A stretch of 50,552 bases of DNA from Candidatus Caenarcanales bacterium (GCA_947459525.1 CANHDW010000002.1:1-50552), one strand, 5' to 3'; shown: positions 27,853 to 37,581, numbered from the stretch's first letter. Notes: generated by a model from the letters alone, not told the origin. Made by a program: numbers and translations.

Positions 27853-28794
27853 TTGTCTCTAATGGGTTTATACATGAAAGAAAGGACTCTAAAACTTAGC
27901 CTTGATAGCATTCTTGCTCTTGATACTCATACTGAGAAAAAATCATTCTTTGATGAGGTTTCTTCAAGTTCAGCTAAAGTAGGCACTTATAGTGATGGTG
28001 CTGATTTTAATTTAACTCGAATCAATCAAGTAATTCCGAGACCTAGTACAGATAATTTCCTTGAACCTTGGACTAATATATCCAAAGAAAAAAAAGCAAA
28101 AATGATTTCTGAATATTTTAGGAAGAATCCTTTTGCACATTTGAAAAATTTCCCTAAGGCAAAAAAAATCTTTTTAGATTTTTTTGATAACATCGAAAAT
28201 ATATCAAGAGATGTTGAATTTTTACGTGAAGAATTAGATAAATCTACAGCAAGTGGCGATCAATACGGCAAAGTTATCATTAATTTCTTTCGCGATAAAG
28301 ACAACTCAGCTAAGTTTAAATTACAGTTTTTCAGACCAATGATGGAAGAAATAAAACAGTTTTTTGTTTTCGATTTAAGTAAGCCTAAAGATAGTCATGA
28401 AAGATTTCATACTGTCACCCAGAATGAAAAGTCTAAAAAATTAATCATTAATCGTTCACTAAAAAATACTAATAAAGCAATTAGGAATTCACTAAAATCG
28501 ATAGCTTTTGATGCTGAGGTCTGGAAAGGTTTTATCCAAGGAAAGATAGAACCAAGTCAATATGATATGGTCATGGACTGTCTTGAAAGAAATCACATTA
28601 ACTTTGAAGATTTCGTTAAATTAGTTAATAGTAGGGATAATAAATACTTGAAATTTTTACATAAAGATTTCTTAAAAAATATTTCCATTAGAACTAACAG
28701 TAAAGATACTAGCTTTATTAACTTTAAAACAGAGTCGAATCAACAGGTTGAGCTTAAATTAAATAAATATGCTTTAAGTTTACAGCTTTCCTAG
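27853..28794 (+). CDS. Hypothetical protein (Lys/Phe-rich)
   Basis: 313-aa ORF with no recognised motif. Confidence 0.45.
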   Translation: MSLMGLYMKERTLKLSLDSILALDTHTEKKSFFDEVSSSSAKVGTYSDGADFNLTRINQVIPRPSTDNFLEPWTNISKEKKAKMISEYFRKNPFAHLKNFPKAKKIFLDFFDNIENISRDVEFLREELDKSTASGDQYGKVIINFFRDKDNSAKFKLQFFRPMMEEIKQFFVFDLSKPKDSHERFHTVTQNEKSKKLIINRSLKNTNKAIRNSLKSIAFDAEVWKGFIQGKIEPSQYDMVMDCLERNHINFEDFVKLVNSRDNKYLKFLHKDFLKNISIRTNSKDTSFINFKTESNQQVELKLNKYALSLQLS

Positions 28795-28807
28795 CTATAA
28801 TCAAGCA

Positions 28808-29587
28808 TTGATGCAAGCTAATTTAAAACGAGCATTTGCTGAAATATCGCAAGTATTAGGACTTATCGCTAAATTTGTTGTAAATTTTTTTGAAACTCTA
28901 GGCTATCTTTTTAAAAACAAAATTTTCCAGCCTAACTTAGTTAGTTATGGAGCAAGATTCATTAGCTCTGTAACCCTACCAACCATAGTAATCGCTATCG
29001 CACTAGGCGTGGTAATCGGTGTACAACTAGGACCACAATTCGTTAGTAAAGGCGTTGGTTCTAAACTAGGTATACTTGCGCTTTTAACTATGAGTCGTGA
29101 ATTAGTACCGATCATGGGTGGTTTCATGATAGCAACTCAATATGGTACTGCCATTACCGCAGAAATTGCAAATATGCAAATTACTGAACAGTTAGATGCT
29201 CTAAAAATTTTAAAAATTAACCCTATCTATTATTTAGTTTTACCCGCAATGCTAGCTGGGCTAGTTTTAGCACCATTGGTTTTTTGGCTTGCGGTAATAT
29301 TCGGAACTTATAGTACCTTCCTTACTGTCTGGATTAATGAAGGACTGGTGTGGAGCAGCTTTCAATCTGGCATAATGAATTTTTTTCATATAAGTGACTT
29401 GCTACTTTGCTTAATAAAAGCTTGCCTATTTACAGTTCTTCTAGTTATTCTATCTGCGACCATCGGCATGAATGTTGGCAAGGGTGGAGCAAGAGAAGTT
29501 GGAACCGCTACTACTACTACGGTTATAGCTGGCTTCATTACCGTTATAATTTGTGATTTGATTTGCACGATGGTTTATCTTGAATAA
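28808..29587 (+). CDS. mlaE: MlaE-family ABC transporter permease
   Basis: SRELVPIMGGFMIATQYGTAITAEIANMQITEQLDALKILKINPIYYLVLPAMLAG matches the MlaE/YrbE signature region. Confidence 0.85.
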   Translation: MMQANLKRAFAEISQVLGLIAKFVVNFFETLGYLFKNKIFQPNLVSYGARFISSVTLPTIVIAIALGVVIGVQLGPQFVSKGVGSKLGILALLTMSRELVPIMGGFMIATQYGTAITAEIANMQITEQLDALKILKINPIYYLVLPAMLAGLVLAPLVFWLAVIFGTYSTFLTVWINEGLVWSSFQSGIMNFFHISDLLLCLIKACLFTVLLVILSATIGMNVGKGGAREVGTATTTTVIAGFITVIICDLICTMVYLE

Positions 29588-30260
29588 TTTAGAACTTATA
29601 AATAAATACTCTGATGATTTTGAGAAGCTTTACAAGCTTTACAGTGACTTTATTTCACACACAAACATCTCTGCAATTACTAATGAAGGAGATGTCTATC
29701 ATAAACACTTTGAAGACTCATTAATCACTTATCCATTTATTGCCGCTCAATTAAAAGTAAATCCGTCCCTAGCCATTATTGATATCGGTACCGGAGGAGG
29801 TTTCCCAACCTTACCTTTAGCTTTAGTCGCAGAGCGAGAAGAGTTAAATCTTCATTTTACGGCTTTAGACTCTACAGCTAAAAAGCTTAAATTTATTGAC
29901 ATAGTAAAAGAAAACTTAGCTTTAAAAAATTTAGATACCCTCGCTGCTAGAGCCGAAGAAATCGCAGAAAATAAAAGAGAATCTTATGACATCGCTCTAT
30001 GCCGTTCGGTAGCAAGCTTACCAATAATTTTAGAGATCTGCACCCCACTAATCAAACTTGGAGGCTATTTCCTTGCCTACAAGCAGTGTGGAACAGAGTC
30101 CGAGAGAGCAGCTTCAGCCATGCAAGAATTAGGAGTTGAGCTAATGGACAGAATTATTTATTTTAATAACGAGAGAGAAATACTAGTTTTTAAGAAAAGT
30201 CAGAGTACGAAAAAGGTTTACCCACGCAGTTATTCACTAATTAAAAAATCACCATTATGA
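29580..30260 (+). CDS. rsmG: 16S rRNA (guanine527-N7)-methyltransferase RsmG
   Basis: SAM motif IDIGTGGGFPTLPLAL, with GidB-like length and layout. Confidence 0.85.
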   Translation: MNNLELINKYSDDFEKLYKLYSDFISHTNISAITNEGDVYHKHFEDSLITYPFIAAQLKVNPSLAIIDIGTGGGFPTLPLALVAEREELNLHFTALDSTAKKLKFIDIVKENLALKNLDTLAARAEEIAENKRESYDIALCRSVASLPIILEICTPLIKLGGYFLAYKQCGTESERAASAMQELGVELMDRIIYFNNEREILVFKKSQSTKKVYPRSYSLIKKSPL

Positions 30261-30318
30261 GATAAATTATGACTCAATATTTTAGCCCCATTCACCATAT
30301 TTAAAATATAATTAAAAC

Positions 30319-31704
30319 ATGGCTAAAAACACTCTTCTCTCTAATGCAAAAATTATTAACGAAGGGGAAATTTATTCAGGAGAAATTATTCTCGAAGGAG
30401 ATTTAATTAAAAGCATCATCAGGCACGACTCCAAGGATTATCAAGAATTTCGTAATCATGCGATGAAAGACCAAATGGAGATTCATGATCTGAAATTCAA
30501 GTACGTGATGCCTGGAATGATAGATGGGCAAGTGCATTTCAGAGAACCAGGTCTTACTCACAAAGGTGACTTAGAAACTGAATCCAGGGCTGCTGTCGCT
30601 GGCGGTATAACCTCATTTATGGAAATGCCCAATACGCACCCACGAGCTCTTACACAGGAACTTTTAGCTGAGAAGTTTGAGCTAGCTAGTCAGAAGTCAC
30701 ATGCCAATTACTCTTTCTACATGGGAACTTCAAATGACAATCTAGCAGAGGTTTTAAAGACAGACCCTAAAACTGTGTGTGGCGTTAAAATATTTATGGG
30801 AGCCTCTACTGGAAACATGCTGGTAGATAACGACAAAACTTTAAATGATGTTTTTTCTCAAAGCCCAATGTTAATAGCAACTCACTGTGAAGATGAAGCA
30901 ACTATTAATGCAAATGCCAAAAAGTTTATAGAGTTGCACGGTGAAGATCTCTCCGTGGATTATCACCCATTAATCCGTAATCATGAAGCCTGTTTTCGTT
31001 CGTCCGAAAAAGCTGTTAATTTAGCTAAAAAATATGGCACTCGCCTTCATGTGCTACATCTCACGACCGCAGATGAATTAAAGCTATTTGATAATAAGTT
31101 ACCGATTCGAGAAAAAAGAATAACAGCAGAAGTTTGCTGCCATCATCTCTGGTTTTCAGATGAAGATTATGAATCCAAAGGTGCTTTAATTAAATGGAAT
31201 CCTGCTGTTAAAACGAAAGGAGACAGAGAAGCGTTGCAGAAAGCTGTCAGAGAAAACATCTTGGACATAATCGCGACAGATCATTCACCACATACATTAG
31301 AAGAGAAGAATAATCCTTATTTTAAATCCCCAGCTGGAGCACCAATGGTGCAACACGCTCTGAATGTATTATTCGAATTGCATATACAAGGAAAATTAAG
31401 CCTTGAAAAAATAGTCGAGAAAGTGGCTCACAGTCCAGCTCATTGCTTTCAAGTGGAGAATCGAGGCTTTATTAGAAAGGGTTACAAAGCAGATTTAACC
31501 GTGTTTAGCTTAGATAAATCAGAAAGAGCTCCGAGTTGGACTGTAGATAAATCTAATATTCTCTATAAATGTGGCTGGTCACCACTTGAAGGAACTAAAT
31601 TTCACTCTAAAATTCATCAGACTTTTATTAATGGTGTTTTAGTTTATGATAACGGTGTATTTAATGAGGATTTCAGGGGCGAAAGATTAACTTTCGCAAG
31701 ATAG
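30319..31704 (+). CDS. pyrC: Dihydroorotase (cyclic amidohydrolase superfamily)
   Basis: DGQVHFREPGLTHKGDLETESRAAVAGGITSFMEMPNT and IATDHSPH. Confidence 0.8.
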   Translation: MAKNTLLSNAKIINEGEIYSGEIILEGDLIKSIIRHDSKDYQEFRNHAMKDQMEIHDLKFKYVMPGMIDGQVHFREPGLTHKGDLETESRAAVAGGITSFMEMPNTHPRALTQELLAEKFELASQKSHANYSFYMGTSNDNLAEVLKTDPKTVCGVKIFMGASTGNMLVDNDKTLNDVFSQSPMLIATHCEDEATINANAKKFIELHGEDLSVDYHPLIRNHEACFRSSEKAVNLAKKYGTRLHVLHLTTADELKLFDNKLPIREKRITAEVCCHHLWFSDEDYESKGALIKWNPAVKTKGDREALQKAVRENILDIIATDHSPHTLEEKNNPYFKSPAGAPMVQHALNVLFELHIQGKLSLEKIVEKVAHSPAHCFQVENRGFIRKGYKADLTVFSLDKSERAPSWTVDKSNILYKCGWSPLEGTKFHSKIHQTFINGVLVYDNGVFNEDFRGERLTFAR

Positions 31705-31818
31705 ACTAAATTTTTGGGGAAAAATGACCCCTTATAATTTTTATTCCTACTAGATAAATTTAATAAAGGACTTAGGGATTAAGACTGAGTCCTCTATTAA
31801 AACAAGGAGTAAAACTAA

Positions 31819-32190
31819 ATGTTAAAGTACGATACAGAGAATCTTCCACGCATTACCTTTAAAGGAAAAAGGCTTACCGAAAAGCAAATCGCAGTCCTAG
31901 AATTTCTAGCACAGGGGCAGACGAATACAGAAATAGCCGAAAATCTTTTCCTCTCTGTAAGAACTGTAGAATCACACATCTCTAGAATTAGAAGTATTAT
32001 AAGCGAACATATGCCCCAGTCACAGAGAATCAGTGATAGACAGCTCGTTTTATTCGCAAAAGATCTAATCGATGGCTTTAAAATTTTCGACATACTGAAA
32101 AGCGGCATGAATGAAGGCTTTGAGCTGTCAGAATTTAAAACTTATCAAAAAACAGTAAGCCTGAATAATGATAGATATTATATTCAATGA
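31819..32190 (+). CDS. LuxR/FixJ-type HTH transcriptional regulator (stand-alone; HTH is N-terminal)
   Basis: LTEKQIAVLEFLAQGQTNTEIAENLFLSVRTVESHISRIRSII. Confidence 0.75.
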   Translation: MLKYDTENLPRITFKGKRLTEKQIAVLEFLAQGQTNTEIAENLFLSVRTVESHISRIRSIISEHMPQSQRISDRQLVLFAKDLIDGFKIFDILKSGMNEGFELSEFKTYQKTVSLNNDRYYIQ

Positions 32191-32358
32191 GGCGGGCGAA
32201 AACGCAGAAATTGGAGTTGTGCAGCGGTCTCTTTTGGGCGTGTAGCCAAACGAACAAGTTCAAGGTCTGAGGAGGATGAATGACCGCAATGTATCAAGCA
32301 TACATGAGGATCATGAGGACAACGAAAACGCAGAAATTGGAGTTTCGCTACACGCCCC
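32187..32358 (-). mobile_element. Full-length repeat copy (32236-32357) plus an adjacent partial head (32187-32232)
   Basis: Arms GGGCGTGTAGCCAAAC and GTTTCGCTACACGCCC flank a reverse-complemented core. The element fills the whole spacer between the luxR-type stop and the argS stop. Confidence 0.9.
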
Positions 32359-32360
32359 TG

Positions 32361-34256
32361 TTACATTTTCTCTGGTGCAGAGATCGCAAGTATACTAAGA
32401 GCATTTTTTATAACTATCTTAGAAGCTGCCACCAGAGATAACCTAGCCTTCATAACCTCTTCGTTTTCACCTATAATACGATTTTCATTATAGAACTGAT
32501 GAAATAAGCTAGCTAAATTCTTTAAGTAGACTGAGATTTTATAAGGTGCCCTGATATCAGCAGCATCAATAACAAGCTTAGGTAATTCAATCAATTCTAA
32601 AACTAAGCTTCTGATAGTTTTCAACTGCTCTTCACTATGATATTCATCAGAAAAGAGTTTCTTGAAATTTGCAGAAAATGTTTTAAACTCTTCATTTAAT
32701 AAACGTTCTAGCTCATCTACTTCAAAAATAGCAGCTTCTTCCGTATTATCAACTATATTGATACGAGGGCTTACTAAATTACGAAATATACTTGCCGAGC
32801 GGGCATGTGCATACTGTATGTAGTAAACTGGATTATCTTTATCATGTTTTTGCGCTAAAGCTAAATCAAAAACCATGCGATTATTGGCTTGGCTATCCAC
32901 CAGAAAGAATCTCAGGGCATCTTTACCGACTTCAGCTAAAAGCTCATCAACGTTAACTATAGTGCCTTTGCGCTTAGACATTTTTTTCTCAACGCCATCT
33001 TCTTTAACGGAAACCAATTGAATAAAAATCAACTCTAGCTGATCAGGATTATAGCCAATAGCTTGAATCGCCCCACGAATGCCAAGCTCTTGACCATGAT
33101 GATCGCTGCCCCAAACATTAATTAACTTATCAAAGCCTCTGTCAAATTTATCTTTATGATAGGCGATATCACCAGCTAAATAAGTGAACATGCCTTGAGA
33201 TTTTCTAAGGACTCTATCTCGCTCATCACCAAAGGATTTCGCTCTAAACCATAGAGCCGAGTCTTCTTCATACACAGCAGAGACCTCATGGGCGTGGAGC
33301 GGAACTCCAATTTCTGCGTTTTCACCCGCCTCATGATGCTCCGTCACATCTTCTTGCTTTACTTTTACTGCTTTCAGTGTTTCACAGATTAACTCAATTT
33401 TATTTTTATCATTAATTTTCACTTGATGTAGATTCTCGTTCTCCGAGTACCACGTATCGAAATGAACTTCTATGTCAGCTAAAACTTTCTTCTGTAAATC
33501 AAGAAAAAGACTTTTCGCTAATTTACCAGCTATTTCTTTTGCTTGATCACCAGCAAGGGAAGCCGCATCCAAATAGCCTTTTAGCTTAGCTTTATAAATC
33601 TCCGGCTTTAAAACATCTAACATGGAATCCAGTGGATAAGCATCCACTGGATAATTTTCCTTAGTGATGTGACCCTCTTGAATTTGAATTGCAGCTTGAG
33701 CAGAGAGTGAAAGCTTTTCTATCTGCACACCAGCGTCATTAATATAAAATTCACTAGATACATCGTAACCAGCCCAGTCAAGTAATCTTGCAAGAGAATT
33801 ACCCAGAACTGCTTGCCTGCCATGACCTAAATGTAGATTACCAGTAGGATTCGCTGAAACATACTCTATAAGAAAGCGATGCGGCTCCATATCAGCCCGA
33901 GCTTCTTTAGATAAACGCCCATAATTATCTTTCTCTTGATGAATCTCTACTAGAGCAGATTCTAAAAAATCCCAATTCAAACGAATATTAATAAACCCTG
34001 GACCAGCGATAGATATATCACCAATGGCAACTACATCCAAATGTTTTACTATACTTTGAGCTATCTTTACTGGTGCTAGTTTCGCCTCACGAGACAGCTT
34101 TAGGGCTATACTTACGGCGATATCGCCATGATCAGGGTTTTTACATCTCTCCACATCTATATAATCAGAAAAACTTTTCAGCTCACCTAAGTCAGATGCC
34201 GCAATAGCTTTATTTATAGCTATTTGGAATAAATTACGAATCTTGCTGCTTAACAT
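32361..34256 (-). CDS. argS: Arginine--tRNA ligase
   Basis: HIGH-type motif NPTGNLHLGHGR, MSKRKG (KMSKS) and a C-terminal DALR domain. At 631 aa it is longer than typical and carries an internal repeat-derived segment. Confidence 0.95.
   Translation of the reverse strand: MLSSKIRNLFQIAINKAIAASDLGELKSFSDYIDVERCKNPDHGDIAVSIALKLSREAKLAPVKIAQSIVKHLDVVAIGDISIAGPGFINIRLNWDFLESALVEIHQEKDNYGRLSKEARADMEPHRFLIEYVSANPTGNLHLGHGRQAVLGNSLARLLDWAGYDVSSEFYINDAGVQIEKLSLSAQAAIQIQEGHITKENYPVDAYPLDSMLDVLKPEIYKAKLKGYLDAASLAGDQAKEIAGKLAKSLFLDLQKKVLADIEVHFDTWYSENENLHQVKINDKNKIELICETLKAVKVKQEDVTEHHEAGENAEIGVPLHAHEVSAVYEEDSALWFRAKSFGDERDRVLRKSQGMFTYLAGDIAYHKDKFDRGFDKLINVWGSDHHGQELGIRGAIQAIGYNPDQLELIFIQLVSVKEDGVEKKMSKRKGTIVNVDELLAEVGKDALRFFLVDSQANNRMVFDLALAQKHDKDNPVYYIQYAHARSASIFRNLVSPRINIVDNTEEAAIFEVDELERLLNEEFKTFSANFKKLFSDEYHSEEQLKTIRSLVLELIELPKLVIDAADIRAPYKISVYLKNLASLFHQFYNENRIIGENEEVMKARLSLVAASKIVIKNALSILAISAPEKM
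33291..33341 (+). repeat. In-frame intragenic copy of the repeat head inside argS
   Basis: GGCGTGGAGCGGAACTCCAATTTCTGCGTTTTCACCCGCCTCATGATGCTC versus 47872-47922 GGCGTGTAGCGAAACTCCAATTTCTGCGTTTTCGTCGTCCTCATGATCCTC (44 of 51 nt identical by hand alignment). Confidence 0.8.
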
Positions 34257-35424
34257 TATAATCTTCTAATTTTTGAGCGAGAATACTGATCGGATTCACG
34301 AAGGATTTTAAAGGCTGATTAAGAGCAATAGACAATGGACTGAAATAATCATCCATATAGTTTACAGCTATTTGATCAACGAATCTAGATCCTCTCGCAA
34401 AAGATAATAGTCCCGCACTCAAGGCTCTAATAATAGCAGAATGATCAGCTTCTTTATGTCTCTTCTTCGCATAGGCAAATACTTCAGAAAAACTATTATG
34501 TTTCAAAAGCATGTAGCTAAAATTTGGTGACTCCGAAACACTTAGGTCAACAACGAAGAGAGGTTTATTTTTTTCAAACTCTGGTATATGCGTTAAAAGA
34601 TCTAAGTCATTAATTAGAATTATAAAATCAGAATTATTTGAATCTGTTTCAGTAATATCTAAGTGATGTAATATTAATTTGACATCTAATAGGACTTCCG
34701 AGCTCAGTTTTTTTGAATTAGAGATTATACTTCCCCTAAGGTTTTTAAGCTTATAGTCAGAGATAATATCTTTCGCTAGAAAGAATAAAGCACTAGTTAG
34801 GCAAGAAGGTGAAATTGAGCAAATATTGTGTGCATGATGATCTTTGATAACTTTATTTAAGTAAATCTCCTCCGCAACATCAAAGCCAAATTCACCAATC
34901 AAAGGATTATCCTTACGATTACTTGCAAAAATAATACGATTAAAATATGTATGATTTTTAATAATATTGAGATAAACAGATAAATTAATTTCACGCCGCG
35001 CCTTAAATTCTGCTAATTTATTCACATCTAATTTATCTTCAAATTTATGCCACTCATCTAGTGCTTTAATGTCAGCACCTTTAGAAGCCGTATATTTATG
35101 ACTATAATATGACCAATAAAATAAATCCTCATCTACTGTCGATTTTATATCTACCAAATTAATTCGCAAAATTCTATATTGCTTTTCTCGATTGGGTTTA
35201 GCATCTATATCGCCTAAAGTTTTCAGCAATTCATTTAGTTTAAACATTAAATCTTGGATTGGGTAAGGATGATTACTTTGATTAAGCTTCAAATTACTTG
35301 AAAACAACAATGTGTCCAAGTCAATATAAATATTTTTAGCACCCTGCAATTTTGTTGTTTGAGGCAGCTGCAAATACTCTAGATAAGAGTCAAATTCTTT
35401 TTTTTGAAAATTGGTATAATACAT
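34234..35424 (-). CDS. Hypothetical protein
   Basis: 396-aa ORF whose 3' end overlaps the argS start by 23 nt. No family recognised. Confidence 0.5.
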   Translation of the reverse strand: MYYTNFQKKEFDSYLEYLQLPQTTKLQGAKNIYIDLDTLLFSSNLKLNQSNHPYPIQDLMFKLNELLKTLGDIDAKPNREKQYRILRINLVDIKSTVDEDLFYWSYYSHKYTASKGADIKALDEWHKFEDKLDVNKLAEFKARREINLSVYLNIIKNHTYFNRIIFASNRKDNPLIGEFGFDVAEEIYLNKVIKDHHAHNICSISPSCLTSALFFLAKDIISDYKLKNLRGSIISNSKKLSSEVLLDVKLILHHLDITETDSNNSDFIILINDLDLLTHIPEFEKNKPLFVVDLSVSESPNFSYMLLKHNSFSEVFAYAKKRHKEADHSAIIRALSAGLLSFARGSRFVDQIAVNYMDDYFSPLSIALNQPLKSFVNPISILAQKLEDYNVKQQDS

Positions 35425-35482
35425 TCATTAATTTAAGTTATAGTTCTTAGTATAGAGATAAGGATATCTCATTTGTGTTCCA

Positions 35483-36172
35483 ATGCCTAGTATAGCCACT
35501 AGCTCCGACATCGAAGTCAAAGCAGCTTCTATTTATCTAGATGACTATTCTGCTCCAGCTAACAATAATTTTCTTTTTTGCTACAGAATCGAAATTAAAA
35601 ATAAAAGCCCTAAAGAAGTGCAATTACTTAACAGATACTGGCTCATTATTGATTCTGATTCAGATAAGTCGGAAGTTTCTGGAGAGGGTGTTGTAGGCAA
35701 AAAACCTACTCTTGCTCCTGGAGAAACGCATGTATATTTTAGTTTTTCTAACCTTAAAACTAATTTCGGAACAATGGAAGGTACTTACGGCTTTGTTGAC
35801 CAAGATGGTAATAGCTTTAATGTTGAGATCCCAAGATTCTATCTATCCGTAAACCTTAATGAATTTCCTAAAAATCGCTTCAATAAAGGTCAAGTGCTTA
35901 AACATAAAGAAGAAGAATATTATGGACTAGTTGTTGACTTCGACATGTATTTTCTAAGCAATGCCGATCTAGACACAAGTAAATTTGATAAAAATTTTGA
36001 AAACAAGCCTTGGTACTATGTTTTAGTGCATGATACAGATTTAATGCTTTATGTGCCGGAAGAGTTTATGCTCCCGATAGAAGATGATTTCATTATCAAT
36101 CATCCTTTAGTAGAGGTTTTCTTCGACAAAAAAAATGGACATTATCTTAGGAAAGCTAATTCAGATGAATAA
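35483..36172 (+). CDS. ApaG (DUF525) domain fused to a YccV/HspQ-like hemimethylated-DNA-binding domain
   Basis: The N-terminal half (FCYRIEIKNKSPKEVQLLNRYWLIIDSD...GEGVVGKKPTLAPGE) is ApaG-like. The C-terminal half (GQVLKHKEEEYYGLVVDFD...KPWYYVLVHD) is YccV-like. Confidence 0.6.
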   Translation: MPSIATSSDIEVKAASIYLDDYSAPANNNFLFCYRIEIKNKSPKEVQLLNRYWLIIDSDSDKSEVSGEGVVGKKPTLAPGETHVYFSFSNLKTNFGTMEGTYGFVDQDGNSFNVEIPRFYLSVNLNEFPKNRFNKGQVLKHKEEEYYGLVVDFDMYFLSNADLDTSKFDKNFENKPWYYVLVHDTDLMLYVPEEFMLPIEDDFIINHPLVEVFFDKKNGHYLRKANSDE

Positions 36173-36208
36173 GCTCGCCAGTAAATAGTTTTTTGCTATT
36201 ATAAAACC

Positions 36209-37579
36209 ATGATTAAATCTGTTGTACTTGCAGCAGGCAAGGGTTCTAGATTAAAGTCTAGTAATGCTAAAGTCCTGCATCGAATATTCGATAAACCAAT
36301 CCTAGCTTGGGTTTTGGATTCACTCGCAGAAGTTGACCAAGATGAAATTATAGTAGTTTGTGGTCACCAAGGAGAAAAAGTAAGAAGTTTTTTACATGCA
36401 TACCCCGTCACAATTGTAGATCAAGCTGTACAAATGGGCACAGGACATGCACTCATGTGTGTCCAAGATGAACTTGATGATTTTGAAGGAACTGTTTTAG
36501 TGGTAAATGGTGACTCTCCCCTAATCCGCTCAGAGACGCTAAATGACATGCTTAATTATCACGAGCAAAGGGAACATCAGATAACTCTACTAACAAGTCT
36601 GGTGGACTGTGCCGATGGCTACGGACGCATAGTAAGAAGAAATAATACGATAATTGGCATAAAAGAAGATAAAGACTGCTCCGAAGCAGAAAAGACGATC
36701 AAAGAAGTTAATGCCGGTGTTTACTGTTTTGAATGGCAATTTATTAAAGAAGGCTTAGGCAAACTTAAAAGCAATAATGCCCAAGAGGAATTTTATTTAA
36801 CTGATTTAGTGGCTTGGGCTTACAGTCAAGGTCTTAGTATCGGTAATTTTATTTTACAGAATCCGAATGAAGCCTTAGGTATTAATAGCCGTGCTGATCT
36901 AGCAGCGGTTTCAAGATTAAAAAATCAAGAAGCCTTAGAATCTCTTATGGATGCAGGTGTGACCATTATAGATACTAACAGTACTGTCATTAGTCCAGAA
37001 GTAGATATCGGACCAGACACTGTAATATACCCTGGCACTTACATACATCGTCGCGTAACTATAGGTTCGAACTGTTCTATTGGGCCTAATACCTCTATAT
37101 TTGGACCAGCTGAAATAGGTTCTCATAGTACAGTGATTCAGTCTCATATAAATAGAAGCTCCATCGGTGAACACTGTAATATTGGTCCTTTTGCACACAT
37201 TAGAGATGGCAGCGACGTCTACAATAAAGCACGGGTAGGATGTTTTGTTGAAGTAAAAAATAGCACTATAGGTGAAGCCTCTTCGGCAGCCCACTTAAGC
37301 TATCTTGGCGATGCCCAGATTAAATCTAATGTAAATATTGGAGCGGGTACTATTACGGCTAACTATAATTCCTTTACTGGTGAAAAATCCACGACTGTCA
37401 TCTGCCAAGGAGCTAGTACTGGAGCGAACTCCGTCCTGGTGGCTCCGATAACCATACATGAAGGAGCCTCTGTAGCAGCAGGCTCTGTAGTAACCCAAGA
37501 CATACCAGCTCAAATGCTAGGTATCGCAAGACCTAGACAAGAAATTAGAGGTTTACCAGTAGCGAAAAAAGTGAGCTAA
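36209..37579 (+). CDS. glmU: Bifunctional UDP-GlcNAc pyrophosphorylase / GlcN-1-P acetyltransferase
   Basis: N-terminal LAAGKGSRL and C-terminal left-handed beta-helix hexapeptide repeats. Confidence 0.93.
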   Translation: MIKSVVLAAGKGSRLKSSNAKVLHRIFDKPILAWVLDSLAEVDQDEIIVVCGHQGEKVRSFLHAYPVTIVDQAVQMGTGHALMCVQDELDDFEGTVLVVNGDSPLIRSETLNDMLNYHEQREHQITLLTSLVDCADGYGRIVRRNNTIIGIKEDKDCSEAEKTIKEVNAGVYCFEWQFIKEGLGKLKSNNAQEEFYLTDLVAWAYSQGLSIGNFILQNPNEALGINSRADLAAVSRLKNQEALESLMDAGVTIIDTNSTVISPEVDIGPDTVIYPGTYIHRRVTIGSNCSIGPNTSIFGPAEIGSHSTVIQSHINRSSIGEHCNIGPFAHIRDGSDVYNKARVGCFVEVKNSTIGEASSAAHLSYLGDAQIKSNVNIGAGTITANYNSFTGEKSTTVICQGASTGANSVLVAPITIHEGASVAAGSVVTQDIPAQMLGIARPRQEIRGLPVAKKVS

Positions 37580-37581
37580 TA

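Noticed and set aside
31815-32108. 97-aa minus-strand ORF opposite the LuxR-type gene
   Set aside because: The plus-strand frame has a clear LuxR HTH signature, while the minus-strand product has no features.
32187-33341. Diversity-generating retroelement (template/variable repeat pair) explaining the argS-internal and argS-downstream copies
   Set aside because: No reverse transcriptase gene is in the window. The single mismatch between the two 32-nt copies is not at a template adenine. The same motif is also scattered at many unrelated loci.
36935-37513. Antisense ORFs 36935..37294 and 37295..37513 opposite glmU
   Set aside because: They lie opposite the hexapeptide-repeat region of glmU, where periodic codon usage keeps the antisense frames open. 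The peptides are Tyr/Ser/Arg-rich and look like nonsense.
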